Source of the DNA: Lama guanicoe
Lineage: Eukaryota
Assembly: GCA_013239625.1 (NCBI GenBank)
Contig: MU053652.1
Location: 9,154,507-9,218,506 of the forward strand
DNA length: 64,000 nucleotides
Reading direction: 5' to 3'
Under the pieces are notes generated by a model, which searched no databases, was not told where the DNA came from, and worked only from the letters and a program-made list of their open reading frames with translations. Both the position numbers and the translations under genes were made by a program. Position 1 is the stretch's first letter, and each line of letters begins with the position of its first letter. Below are positions 39,201-51,916 of this stretch, piece by piece.

Positions 39201-40064
39201 TATCCTGTGTTTGATTGCACCTTTTATAGACAAACCAACAAAAAAAATGAAAACTGCAGTCCAGGAGCGCACATATTCCTGACTTCTGCAAAGTCTGGTC
39301 AATTCAGGTCCTCACATGTAACCGACAGAGATGAATCAATCCTGGGTCAGGCCTCTGCTTTCAGGAAAAGGATCTATGTGAGTTCTGTCTCTGATTTCAA
39401 ATTTTGCAGCTTCCCTGAGAGGAACAATCCTCAGGACAATGTTAATGTCCCATTTGTGGGTGCTTAATAAAAACAAAACAACAATAACAGCAGGCTTGCT
39501 GTCTCTTGCCAGTGCTGTCAAAGCATTTGCTGTGACAAATGACAAGATCCATGAGACAGTGGTACCAGTATAAAAGCTCAGTCCATCCTGTTCTATTTAA
39601 GCATTCACCTTCCTCCAAAAACCTTTTCTTGTCACACTGGTAAAGCAAAGGACTCACCAAGGAAACCACTAGGGAATCCATTTGAATTTGAGTAATAATT
39701 CCCTTTTCACTTTAAAATACGATTTTTACAAATTTAATTGTTTTCAGATGATAAATTAGTCTTTAACAGAGACAAAATTAAAAAATACATTTAAATGCAT
39801 GATGTGATTAGATAATTTTCAATAATAAAATTAGAAAACTTCAACTTCCTGTGTACATTAACATTTCATGATTTTTAGGCATCACAAATTTCTGATAAAT
39901 TGTTCTTTAGTGAGAAACGTACAAATTGTCAAGTGTAAGAAGTGAGAGAATTCTCCTCTTTACAAATGTCTTCCTTCTAACACAAGAGATTTTTACAATA
40001 TTGTAAAAATTCATATGTATCCAAAGTAGGATCTGGAAGAAAGAGATTTCTCCAAATAGCTTAC

Positions 40065-40131
40065 CAAAGCGACTAACCCTCTCGACTCCATCAATAATTG
40101 CTTTGTAATCCAAATTTTCTTCTATTCCAAC
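40065..40131 (-). CDS. PTPRZ1: PTPRZ1 exon 6 (67 nt), CA-like domain
   Basis: taatag|GTTGGAATA...CGCTTTG|gtaagc; [22 protein letters not shown](G); phase 0-1. Confidence 0.96.
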
Positions 40132-40662
40132 CTATTAAAGAAGAATGACATTCTAAAACCAGGATAAAATATTTGACTGACTGTTTTAAGAAAGTGTAAA
40201 GATTAGTGAATTCCATTTTAAGTATTCACAAGTAATGTTCTCTGAATGCACATTTTTCACAGCAAGGTAAGAACAAATAAACAAACAAAAATCAGGTAAC
40301 TTTTAAATTTTCCATTAAGACTAGGGCATTTTAAAGTGTAATTCACACTTTAAAATTCAATAAAAACTCACACAATAAAAATTCAATATGCTGTGTCCTG
40401 ACGATGCCTTGCATGTACAAATAAGCAAGTAAGCAAAACTCGTGGTATATAAGTGCATGGATTGGCTCCAGCTGGAATTGATGTCCCCAAGGAATGAATA
40501 CAAGACCCCCTTCCAAACGTACCAGCCAAGGGGTTGTTCTCTTCAAAAAATGACCACCAGTTATCATCCCACTTGTGAGCTCTCCTATTTGTTATAAAGT
40601 GTGTTTTGATATTTCTCATGATTGAAAAGTTAGTGCTAAATAAGTCTCCATATAATGATTAC

Positions 40663-40758
40663 CTCAAATAAAATGGATAAAGCTCTCAACTTCCCTTTTC
40701 CTTTCACTGCTTCCTCAAAACTTGAAAATCGGTCCACATCAAAGCAGTAGATTTGCAT
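40663..40758 (-). CDS. PTPRZ1: PTPRZ1 exon 5 (96 nt), CA-like domain
   Basis: ttatag|ATGCAAATC...TTTGAG|gtaatc; [32 protein letters not shown]; not in the ORF track; phase 0-0. Confidence 0.96.
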
Positions 40759-41289
40759 CTATAAATGTAACAATGATGGCTTTAGTACGCACAAAGACTT
40801 GACAAAAGTCAGCAAAAAGACAATAAGATAAATGACCAGTTCAATAAATTCTATTTGAAAAACTCTATAAACTATATAATTCTATACTTTTTGAATTTTC
40901 AAAACATTTTATCAGTTATGTGTGTAGACAACTATATTTACCATCACTTTGCATCCTTCAATGAAGACAGAAATACAAAGTTAGACAGGTCTAGAACTGA
41001 AATTACCACTTTGACATTACCAGGGGACACTGAATATTTTGCTAGAGTAATTATCAAATGTAATAAATTACCAAATGTGATTTTTAACCATTTTGATGGA
41101 ATTCTTTCAAATATAGTTTCATTCTTTCTTGAATAGACACTCTTTTCTTGATGGTCTGAGTTACCAGCATTGGACATTATTGCATTGAGCTCTATTAAGA
41201 GTGAAACTCTCAAGGCCTCTCTGCTTCTACCTAAAAAATACCAAGAGTTTTAAGTTGCTTGTTTTAAGTCTCTCCTGCTGCGAGGCTAT

Positions 41290-42060
41290 ATTCATGTCTA
41301 CTTCAGTCCATATAACTACCTGTAACAGCCTCTACACTCACTGATAAATTGGTGCTCCTCCTGTCATGGGCCTGGAAATGAGATAACTCAGGTGGGTTTA
41401 GAAGTTTAACTAAGGGAAGAGCAGAAAGCCTCTGCGAAGATCAGTGTGCAGTTAGGGTTACGATCAGAGAAAGAGCGGGCGTGAAGCAGAGGAAGTCAGC
41501 GGCTCCTGCCTTGGGTGGTCACCAAAGCCCTTTTAGAGAGAGGATTTCTAAGCTGACCCTTGAAGGATGAGTGGCTTAAAAGCTGACAGATGGAAAGGCA
41601 GAAGAGATGAATGTGTGTTCAAGTCTGAGGGATCAGCTACCAAAAGGCCTCCAGGCAGCAAAGTAGGAGAAGTATAGGAAACTGAAAGCAGTTTGGCAGG
41701 GTTTCAGCTGAGCTTCTGTGAGGAGAGGAGAGCGATGAGGCTGGACAGATCGGCAGGGGCCACACTGGGAAGGAAAAAGAGGCAGGCCCAGCTGTTTGAG
41801 CTGGAGGGCAATGCAAAGGCCTTGATGGAGAGAGGGCAGGGCTGGGGAATGAAGGTAGAGTGGGATGTATTAAGAGTGGAGAGAAACCAAGTGCAGAGAC
41901 TTACAAATCCAAGCAAGAGACAAAGGTGGTTTGAACCTTTTTCTGACCTCCCACATCATTTAGGGGCAGAACTGAGGAGACCTGGTTATAGGACATGGGA
42001 AGCCAGAAAGGGCAGGTCAAGGATGCCCCCTAATTTCCCTGCCTGCACAATTACATGGGA
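41290..42060 (+). mobile_element. L2 LINE fragment (degenerate)
   Basis: taagctgacccttgaaggatgag...gatgaggctggacagatcggcagggg...gtcaaggatgccccctaatttc; boundaries approximate. Confidence 0.55.
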
Positions 42061-42304
42061 AGTATTTTAAAAGACAAACAACAAACAAATGATATCTCTG
42101 AGAGATGATTTGAGGGGCTTTTAAATTAAAAAAAGTGTATGAGGTTTAATACACAGGTTCTGTACCATTTATTTTGCTGAATCAGGGTTTTTGTTGTTAG
42201 GATTTTTCTTGATTTTCATCTTTATTCTAAGTAAACAGTATTGAGAGACAGCTACTCTCAGAAGTGAGAATGTTGTGTGTTTAATGAGCTGACTTTTGTA
42301 TTTT

Positions 42305-42413
42305 GAGGGGAGCGAGAGTAATTAGGTTTTTTTTAAAGGGAGGTAACTTGGGATTAAACCCAGGACCCCATGCACGCTAAGCATGCACTCTACCACTGAG
42401 CTATACCCATCCC
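42305..42413 (-). mobile_element. tRNA-derived SINE (camelid Vic-1-like)
   Basis: gggattaaacccaggacc...gctaagcatgcactctaccactgagctatacc; flanked by cttttgtatttt / cttttgcatttt (target-site duplication). Confidence 0.85.
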
Positions 42414-42829
42414 CTTTTGCATTTTTGACAAACCAAATTTGATAAATATGGTCTTCTTTAAGGATATCTAATATATTAAATATTTTAAACCATAAATTTG
42501 AATGTGCATATCCACATTAAGATTTTTTAATTCTTTATGAAATAACAAACTCATTTTTATTATCAATAAAGATTTTGGATTATAAAAGTAATACAGCTTT
42601 ATTACAGGTAATGTAGAAAATTTGGGAATCTGACGCAGACTCTGTACTCTCAGACACTAGTTTCACGTTTTACAAAATTTGGAATAATAATACTGTGTAT
42701 ATTATTTTATATTCAGTTTTTTAAGGCATTAATATCTTATGATGAATCTTTTGTGTAAAGTAAGTCATTCAATAAAATGATTTTTACAAGATCTATAATA
42801 ATCCATCACAGTGTATTTAATCATTTCCT

Positions 42830-43190
42830 TTTGTTTTAATTTTTATTATTGTATTTTTTAATTGAAGTACAGTGAGTTATAATGTGTCGATTTGTGGCGT
42901 ACAGCACAATGTCCCAGTCATGCATATACATACATATATTTGTTTTCATTAAAGGTTATTATAAGATATTGAATATAGTTCCCTGTGCTACACAGAAAAA
43001 GCTTGTTTTTTAAAAAAATCTATTTTTATATACAGTGGCTAACATTTGTAAATCTCAAACTCCCAAATTTATCCCTTCCCACGCCCTCTACCTCATTAGT
43101 ATCCTCTTTTTTTTTCTTTATTTTAGATTCCACATATGAGTGATATCGTATGGCATTTTTCTTTCTCTTTCTGGCTTACTTCACTTAAAC
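42830..43190 (-). mobile_element. L1 3' end (artiodactyl-type)
   Basis: T-rich tail then ttgaagtacag...gttattataagatattgaatatagttccctgtgcta...ttttagattccacatatgagtgatatc...ctggcttacttcactta. Confidence 0.88.
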
Positions 43191-43763
43191 AAATCTTTGC
43201 ATATAAATTTTTGAGCATGTCTTTATTCTTTAAGCTGCTATAAACTGAAATGTTGAATATTGAGAATAAAATATTTAAAGTTCTTGATAAAAACAAGTGA
43301 ACTGCCCTGCAGAAAGTCTACCAATTTATACTTTCTCCAGATCCATGTGAAAGTGTTTACACATTTCACTGCACACTCATTATTTATTATAATTACATTT
43401 ATTTTGACAAATATGAATCTGAAAATTTTTCTCATTTTAATTTGAAGTTTTTTTATTTTCCAGTATGTTGATGAAAATGCCCCCTGACTTTTTTTTTTCC
43501 TACTGAGGCTATGAAAAGAATTTCATTCATTCATTCACTTGTCAACATTTGTTGATCGTCTATAATGTGACACTCTGGATTACCAGGAAGTGGGAAATCA
43601 AATATGGTTCTTATTGACCTTAGTCTAGTGAGGAAGACAGATTTTAACCAAGTAAACAAAATATAACTGTATAAATTATAAAGCTTGATTACAAATGAAT
43701 CAAATTATATGCTAAATAAAATCCTAGTGATTTAGAAAATGAAAGAGTAACTAGCGGACTTAC

Positions 43764-43915
43764 CTCAAGTGGAAATTTTTGTCCTTCTAAACTGTGTTCT
43801 GACCCATCAGACGACATATTGCATTTCCCCCAGTGAAAAGTTATCTTGCTTGCTTTGAACACCATTTCGGAAACTCCTCCACTGAGACGGTAGTCATTAG
43901 TGAGGTTAATTTCCA
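43764..43915 (-). CDS. PTPRZ1: PTPRZ1 exon 4 (152 nt), CA-like domain
   Basis: ttaaag|TGGAAATT...CCACTTGAG|gtaagt; (V)[50 protein letters not shown] with FHWG and GSEH motifs; phase 1-0. Confidence 0.97.
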
Positions 43916-44749
43916 CTTTAACAAAACAATAAAATTGCATTTAAGTCTCTGAAAATCAAAATTATCAATTTAACTGAATTTTCTTCAATTAAGGTACATT
44001 AAGAAAATAATTTATTTGATAAATTAAACAAGTAAGTCACCATCTTGGAAGCTGAACTTCGTAAGTCTGCATAGTATATTTAATGTATCTTATTGCCACA
44101 AGCGTAAAAAAAACATCAGACCTTAACTGCACTACAACACTATAAGCAGGAGACAGCCAGTTCACCTGCCCAGTTTGTTTGGCATCCTGAGAAGGCCGGT
44201 CACCCAAAGCCCTGCTCCCCTAAGGCACGGGGTGGCAAGGAGGGAGTCAGTCACAGAGAGAAAGAACAGAAGGGTGGAAAGAAGAAAAGTCTTCTGGGGA
44301 TACCGCCCCTCCCCCCACCACATTCAGCCTGTTTCTACTCCTTATCAAGCTGCTGCTCTTATCCCACCTCCTTGTGCCTCCAAGCACCACCCCAGGCTTC
44401 ATCAAGCTTCAGAACTCCTGCCCTAGACTGCGTCAAGGGAGGCGGGAGACTCATCCCTACTGAAAGGGTTTCAGCCATCTCATGTTTGAACAATTGATGG
44501 CAACTCTCAGAATCTTAAACTCTTCTATTTAAGCTTCATAGCAGATATTATCTGATTATCTGGAAATAAATGATTCTCTTGAGAGCCTAAGGCAAGATTT
44601 CAGAGCCTCTCAATCAGCTTTAAATAGTCTTTGTTCTATTAGGCAGAAACCACTGTTGGCACTTGGAACTGAATCCAACATATTGGCCAGCCAGCTAGGG
44701 ATACAAACTGTCATGAATAATCATAGCCATAACATGCACAATAACAATA

Positions 44750-44990
44750 ACGGTCAACATTTATTTATCACTTACAATGTGCCATGCATTACGCTACTTT
44801 ACATGTACCAAATATTTGGTCCTCACGTAATCCTAGGAAGACAATCAATACCTTTAAGGTTCCTACTACAGATGAGGAAATTGAGTCACAGTGAAGTTAA
44901 GTAGCTTGCTCAGGGTTCCACACTGTGCTTTAAATGGCCAGTAGTGAAACCTAAAAAGTGTGACTAAAGATCAAGGGCTTGACCACACTC
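44750..44990 (-). mobile_element. MIR SINE
   Basis: cacttacaatgtgcca...cctcacgtaatccta...tacagatgaggaaattgagtcacagtgaagttaagtagcttgctcagggt. Confidence 0.8.
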
Positions 44991-45968
44991 CACTAGGAAA
45001 AACAAAGCAGAGATTACATGCTTTACTGCTTTGTAACATCCTTTAAAGCTGGTAATTAAAATGTCAAGATTTGGGACAAAATACTTTCAAGTATTTAATT
45101 AATAATATATTATAACGTAATTATTTTCTTAATTATTCATTCAACAAATACTTATTGAGTGCTTATTATGTATCAGGCACCGATGTAGAAAAATTTTTAC
45201 TCTCATGAGACTTAAAATTAAATTACCACATTCAAATAATTATATTACCAAAATATGGAAAATAGAGAATAAAAATTCATTAATGATAAAACCACTCCAG
45301 CATAGCTGCTATTATAGTGAGTATTTTTTCTAATCTTTTTCCTATGAATATATTTGTTTTTATATAACTTCATGATATACATACAATTTCATTGAAAACA
45401 TAATATCAGAAAAAGAATGCTGTTTACTTTTATAAATTATTTTGTCTATCGTTTACTGGAATTTCTTACAATATTATATTTTGCATACAAAGAAAACAAA
45501 CTTAGAGAGTATTTCCTAAGAATGGTAATTTTAAACTTTCTATACAGAAGGGTTAGTAATTTCTTAAAATTCAATTACAGTAGATTGCTTTTTTCACATC
45601 CAAATATTGAATATAGCAAAAGGCTGAGCAGACAAGAGCAAATAAAATGCCCAAGAAAAAGAAGTCCTGATTGACTAAGTGATTAACCAGTAATGGAGTT
45701 ATTAAATTACACTGGCTATGTATTACATTATCTTTATCACATCTTCCAGTGAAACATCTTTATTGTTATATTACTGGAGAACATGACATGATGACTTTAG
45801 TCATTTAATTTTTTGTATACATTTTCAAAATGTCTAAACTTCCAATTTTCTATGTTCTATTTGATTTCGTGTACCTTATTAGTCAAGGAAAATAAAATGA
45901 AAATAACCTAAACATACTCTAGATCTGATAAACATCTTAAAGTCACAAACAAAATGCAAACATTTTAC

Positions 45969-46148
45969 CTGTTTTCCCAGTGTTATGAATGAATGTGTTT
46001 TCCATAGATGTTTTATCCCAACCCTGAAATTTAAGTTTCTTAAGATTCACATTTACTTGTGTAAGATCTTCATCAATATTGATAGGAGATTGTTTGGGGC
46101 TATTACATGTTGGATATTTCTTTCCCCAATTTTTTTGATTCAATGCTC
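45969..46148 (-). CDS. PTPRZ1: PTPRZ1 exon 3 (180 nt), start of carbonic anhydrase-like domain
   Basis: ccctag|GAGCATTG...GGGAAAACAG|gtaaaa; encodes (G)[59 protein letters not shown] with the CA-family QSPINI motif; phase 1-1. Confidence 0.97.
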
Positions 46149-46297
46149 CTAGGGAAAAAAAAGGTAAGAAGTTAGTTTCTGAAGTTAATATGTAAAAGCT
46201 AAATTTAATATTAAAAATTAGTTAATATATTACATAAAAAATAGATACAATAATAGGAAAAACTGAGGCATCTTTAAATCAATTCTTAAAACAATTA

Positions 46298-46633
46298 CAG
46301 TCTGCCCTCTGTGTCCACAGGCTCCACACCTGCAGCTTCAACCAACCTCGGAGCAAAAATATTCAGGAAAAAAAAATTCCAGAAAGTTCCAGAAAGGAAA
46401 CTGGAATTTGTCAAGGGCTGGCAATTATCTACATAGCATTTAGGTTGTATTTACAACTATTTCCATAGCATTTACACTGTATCAGGTACTACAAATAATC
46501 TAGAGGTGATTGTAAGTATACGTGAGAATGTGTGTAGATTATATGCAAATGCCACAGGGACTTGGGCATTCTTGGGTTTTGGTATCTCACGGGGTCCTGG
46601 ATCCAATTCCACTCCAATACTGAGAAACAACTC
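46298..46633 (-). mobile_element. MER2-like (TcMar-Tigger) element
   Basis: TA-flanked cagtctgccctctgtgtccacagg...tcaaccaacc...ggtcctggatccaat...; reverse-complement relative of the copy at 63709. Confidence 0.82.
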
Positions 46634-48299
46634 TATGCTTAGATTTGGATTCTTGGTATTAATATGATACGCTATAAAAAGATGCTTACAGAACAAGTGC
46701 AGGGTTCAACAACAGCCTTGTTGAGCCACCAGGCTCGTCCAAATCAGGAGGAAATCTAATTGTCACATCAGGTACTTCATCCTAAGGTTTCAGATTGAAG
46801 GGTGTCCAGATGATAAGAGATAAGTTCTGACTTCCTTAGCACTCTCCACAGGGGGAGGTTGCTTTAGACTTTCTCTCATCCCTGCCACTGAGTGATGTGG
46901 TTTAATTTCCATCTGCTCAGGGTCTTATTTATAACAACGTAATCACTAGGCTAGCCTTGAAATATCTTCTTCTTTCCCTTCTCCCCATTTTTTTTTCTGG
47001 TCATAAAACCTACCAGATTTTATTGTTTAACAGTAAGAAAAATAAAACAGGGCTTTCTATAAAGATTTTTGCTTATAGTAAAGTGAATTTTCATCTGTTC
47101 TACAGAATAAAGAGTTCTCTGAACCAAAACTGCCCTATGTTGCCTTTATTTCACTACCACCTGAAACCACAAACCATCTCTCACAACCTTATTTCACTGG
47201 CCATTAACTGAGCTAGCACCCAAGCAGTGCTAAGAACGGGTAGCGTTTATCTAAAGGTCTATTAAAATATATGAGATGTTGTGAGTCCAAGTCTTAACTT
47301 TTATTTGGCTAAACTCAAGCATTTTTGCAGCCATCCCATGAAAGAGCAGGTGGCAGCACTGTTTTCAGCTTACATCCTTTCAAATGCTTTTCTTTCAGAC
47401 ATGAGCATGGGTAAGGCCAAGATTTTACATGGCTGGTGTTCAGAGAAATGATAAGAAATCATACTTCCAAACAACTCTAGTGTATGCCATCTTCTTTTTG
47501 TGATAAGGCAGTCAATGAGGATTGACCTCCATGCAAGCTCTCATAATGTAACCAAGCTGATTTTGAATAATTTAGCCCAGGAAAGAAATAATAATTAGTC
47601 ACTCCATGAAACTGCCTCTATAACCAGAGAAAATTAGGTAATTCATTTCCTATTGAGGCATCCACCAGAATCAATAATAGGTGTGGACAACTTACTTCAT
47701 TTTACAACCTAGCTCTATTCTTAGAGATTGTTTGAATACAGAATGCTTTAAATATGCACATTTGGGCTTCTAGAAACAGCTTTAAAGATCTGAATAATAA
47801 TGTTGATTTCATTGTAAAGAACATTGGCAAGGGGACAAGAAACCACTGCTTGTTTTACTAATGTTAACATAAAAGAAGTAGAGAGAGAAACTGCAGCACG
47901 AATCAATGAGACTTTTTAAATGCTTAAATTTTTAATAACAGTACAATAAATTCCAAGCACACCTAGGAAGGGTCTCATAGCTGTGGTGCATAGAAACACA
48001 AAATTTTAAGACTCTAGTTAACAATGCACACAATTTCTAAACTCTTTTTTTTCCAAAGCATTTAGTGATCATCTCTACTTGGACTCTAACTTAGCGCACC
48101 CACAACTGAACAATTGACTTCTGTCTTGCAACAGGTTCCTCCTACAATCTTTGCCATCCCCTAAACGTAGAGGTCATTCTTACGCCTCTGTTTCCTCCTC
48201 AACAAACCTTTTTGGGTCTACCTTCAAAATACTTCCTTAACCAGACCATTTCTCGTCTCCACTGTTAGCACCCCAGCCCAAGCCACTGCCATGCAAGCC

Positions 48300-48451
48300 T
48301 ACATCTTCTATTCCACAAGCAGCATCACCATCACCTAGGAGATGGCTAGGAGAGTCAGCTCGCCACCGTAGCCTCACCAAGTCAGAATCTACGTTTTAAC
48401 ACAATCCCCGGGAGATTCAGATACACATTACATTTTGTGAAGCAATGGCCT
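48300..48451. mobile_element. MER5-like DNA transposon relic
   Basis: agcagcatcaccatcacctaggaga...gtcagaatctacgttttaacacaatccccgggagattcagatacacatta. Confidence 0.7.
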
Positions 48452-48511
48452 GCCTTCTGAGTAGCCTCCAGCTTCTTCTCTTGCCCTATCACAATTCTGC
48501 TCCCCCTTTAC

Positions 48512-49410
48512 CTGGTAGGTGGGATTCTGAGATGCTCCCCACCCCAATTTCCACACCCTGTTGTATACACCTGGTATAATCCCCTCCACTTGAGGGCGGG
48601 TAGGACCTCTGAATACGATGGGATAATCATTTCCTTGATTAGGAAACATTATGTGGCAAAGTGATGGAGGTGATTATGTTCTTCTGTAGGAGGTTCTGTC
48701 TTGGCAAATTGGGAAAAGACAGAGAGAGAGAGAGCCAAAGTGTGAGAGATTCTCCTGCTGGCTGTGAAGAAGTCAGCTCCCAGGGGGAGTGGCTAGGAAC
48801 TGAGAGTGGCCCCTAGGATCTGAAATTCCCACCCCCCACCCCAGGCTAACAGTCATACAAACAAATGAGCCAGTCATAAAAAGGAAAATACTGTAGGCTT
48901 CAACCAAGACGAGGAAGCCAAAGCAGTCAAATTCACAAGGAGAGATGGCAGAAGGGTGGTTGCCAAGAGATGAGGGAAGGGGGAAAAGGGGAGTTGTTAC
49001 ATGGGCACAGAGTTTCCGATTTGCAAGATGAAGAAGTTCTGGAAATCTGTTTTATAGCAATGGCAATGTGAGTATACTTAACACTACTGAACTGCATACT
49101 TAAAAAGGGTTAAGGTGATGAATTTTACGTGATGAGTTTGTTTGTTTGTTTACCACAGTAGAAAAATGGTTAAGATGGGAAAAACAAACAAACAAAGGAC
49201 TGGGGACCTGGACCTCAATCTTGGAACCACAAGGAAGTAAGTTCTACCCACAGTCTTCACACTCTTGGAACAGGACCCTGGGCTTCAAATAAAACAACAC
49301 AGCTGGCATCTTGATTCTAGATGTATGAGGCCCTGAGTAGAGGATCCAGCTCAGTGGTTTTAAGCCACTAAGTTTGTAGTAATTTGTTTTGTAGCATAAG
49401 AAAGCTAACG
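48512..49410 (+). mobile_element. MLT1-like LTR interrupted by an L1 3' fragment (about 48860-49190)
   Basis: LTR-like flanks (ctcctgctggctgtgaagaagtcagc...; ttttaagccactaagtttgtagtaatttgttttgtagca) around L1M 3'UTR text (ggtggttgccaagag...gcacagagtttccgatttgcaagatgaagaagttctgga...actactgaactgcatacttaaaa). Confidence 0.75.
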
Positions 49411-51560
49411 CAATCTGTAGCTAAAGTAATTGTTTAAAGTACATTTCAGATTGTGTGTAACTCCTTGGGTCAGCTCCTTCCAATACCTTTTTTTTCATCT
49501 TACTCAGAATACATTATGGACTCTTTCCTGGGCTGGCGGATCCTATACGTGACCACTCACACCCATGATGATCCCAATTCTTACCACTCTGTTCTATTCT
49601 AGCCACCTTGGCTTCTCTTCTGTTCCTTAAGCATTTGAAGCTTCAGGGCTTGCTTGCCACTTGCTGTCACTCTTTCTGGAATCTTTTGCCCCAACTGTCT
49701 GCCAGGCTCGTTCCAATCAGGTCTCTGATCAAATGCATCTCATTGGAGTAGCTTTCTCTGAACAATATGTATAAATACGCTCCCCTTCCTCAGGCATTCT
49801 CAACCCCGCTCCTTACTTTATTTTCCTTCTCCTAAGATATGATATCTTTCGTTTTATGAATCTGAGCTCACAGGGGTCTAACATAAAATGGCAACAAGAA
49901 ATAAAAAAAGAAAGAAAACTGACCAACTAAAGAAACATTTCTAAACTCAACTGCAGGTCACGTTTGACTGTTTGGCTATATGGCAGTTTTGCTGAGTAGT
50001 CGCCACTAAACCTCTGCTGGAACGTATCAAGAAACACCTGATGTCTAAACTGTATATTGTCTGTCATTGTCTGACAATGACCCCGAGTCACTGGATTATA
50101 TCTGAGGTGCATCATCTGATTATGCTGAGTTCAAAACACCTACTGGATCATGATGCCAAGTACACTGTAAGTTCAGGAAGCCTCCTTAATTTTTGTGATT
50201 AAAAGACAAAAAAGGCCAAAATAGTGACATGGGATTTTTTTAGTGAAAGGGCCATAACACAAAAAAGTCCATAAAAAATAAGACCCTGAGGTTCTTTTTG
50301 TAAAGGACTCCAAAAAGAGGATATTTCAAATCATCATAAGTAGAAAACCAGGGAAAGTAAATTAATAAAGTGTTAAAATGGTGCACAGGGATTAAACACA
50401 AATCACAGGAGCACTAAATGTATTTTACCTGTTTTCAATAATGAACCATTAAGTTAACCTTATGCTTAAACATTATTTTTTAAATTCCCAAATTGCTTTT
50501 AACTTCACAGTTGGAGACTTCAGTCCGTGTAGTAGCGAAAGCCAGGATGAGGCAGCTGAGAAAGCAGGTGTACCACACTCATTAGACTACACTGAATCAC
50601 TTGAGTGTTATTAACAAACGTTGTGAAGGAAGAAATTAGGACATGCATTGTAGCTGCAGCAGATTATCAGGGTGATTTTACTCATCAGGAGGACTGCCGA
50701 GTACTAAATGTCAGCTCGAGAGAATTAAAATAAATTATTCATTCACATATTCATCCATGCTTTCACCATTTATTGACTCACCTGAATTAGTACCACTCCT
50801 ATAAATTTCCTGTGCTCACTTCTACTAGAGCACTTAACAGACTGCATGTAGTTTATCAACTTGTCTATCACATCTATAGCTTATTGCCAGACTCTGAGTC
50901 TGGCACAGAGTAGAAACAAATTAAATGCTTGGGAAACAGTCTCTGTACATCAAATGAACGTATTCAGTGTTTACATCCTGTGCACTCTTTATTCCAAACA
51001 GAACAGAAAGCAATTGTAGGCTCTGTAGGAGACAGATATGCATGAGTTCAAGTTTGTTTGCTTGCTTGCTTATTCCTGCATTTCAGAAGGTTGCAGCCAT
51101 ATTCAATAAAAAGTAGACAGATGCCTAAAGGAGGAGAGGGGCTGAAAGAAGGTAAACGTGGATATCAAAAGCACACAACGCAGGCTTTGAGGGAAAGGTT
51201 GGAGGATCCTGGCCGGCAGAGAGCTGAGAACATGTGTGGCTGAGCGATGAGCCCGAGCAAACTCACGGTGGCAGTAAAGTGCAGGCGATGCTCCCAGGGA
51301 AGTGAGCAGCCCAGAGAGGTCCAATGAGCCAAGAGTGAATGCTGGCATTCTATACAGGGAGATGGAAGGGCAGACTGTCATTAGACATACCTGCAGAGGC
51401 CAGTGGAGGCTTTGGAAAGGCAAGGAGCTCCCTGCTGCCTCGTCGGAGAGATTGAGCCTGGCAGGAGTGCAGGAGGAGCAGGAAGGGAGAGGCTGCACAG
51501 TTAGTGGACATTTGCATTGGTATCTCTACTTGTCTTCATTTGATTTTTTTACATAATCCC

Positions 51561-51916
51561 TGTGCAAGGGACTGAATGTCCTCCAGAATTCACATGTTAG
51601 AATCCTAACCCCCTGCAAAGTGAGGGTATTTGGAGGTGGGGGTCTTTGGGAGGTGATTAGGTCACGAGGGCTCTGAACAACATGAGCGGTTGGTGCCCTT
51701 ATGGAAGAAAGCCCAGAGAGATCCCTCGCCCCTTCTGAAGCGTGAGCTTATAGTGAAAAAACAGTGGTCTGGGAAAACAGTCCTCACTAGACATGGAACC
51801 TGCCAGTGTCTTGCTCTTGGACTTCCAGTCTCCAGAACAGTGAGAAAAAAATTCTAGTGTTTATAAACCACCTCAGTCTATGGAATTCTGTTAGAGCAGC
51901 CTGATCGGCTAAGACA
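51561..51916 (+). mobile_element. MLT1 (ERVL-MaLR) solo LTR
   Basis: gactgaatgtcctccagaattcacatgttagaatcctaacccc...tttgggaggtgattaggtcacgaggg...tggacttccagtctccagaacagtgaga...gctaagaCA. Confidence 0.88.
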
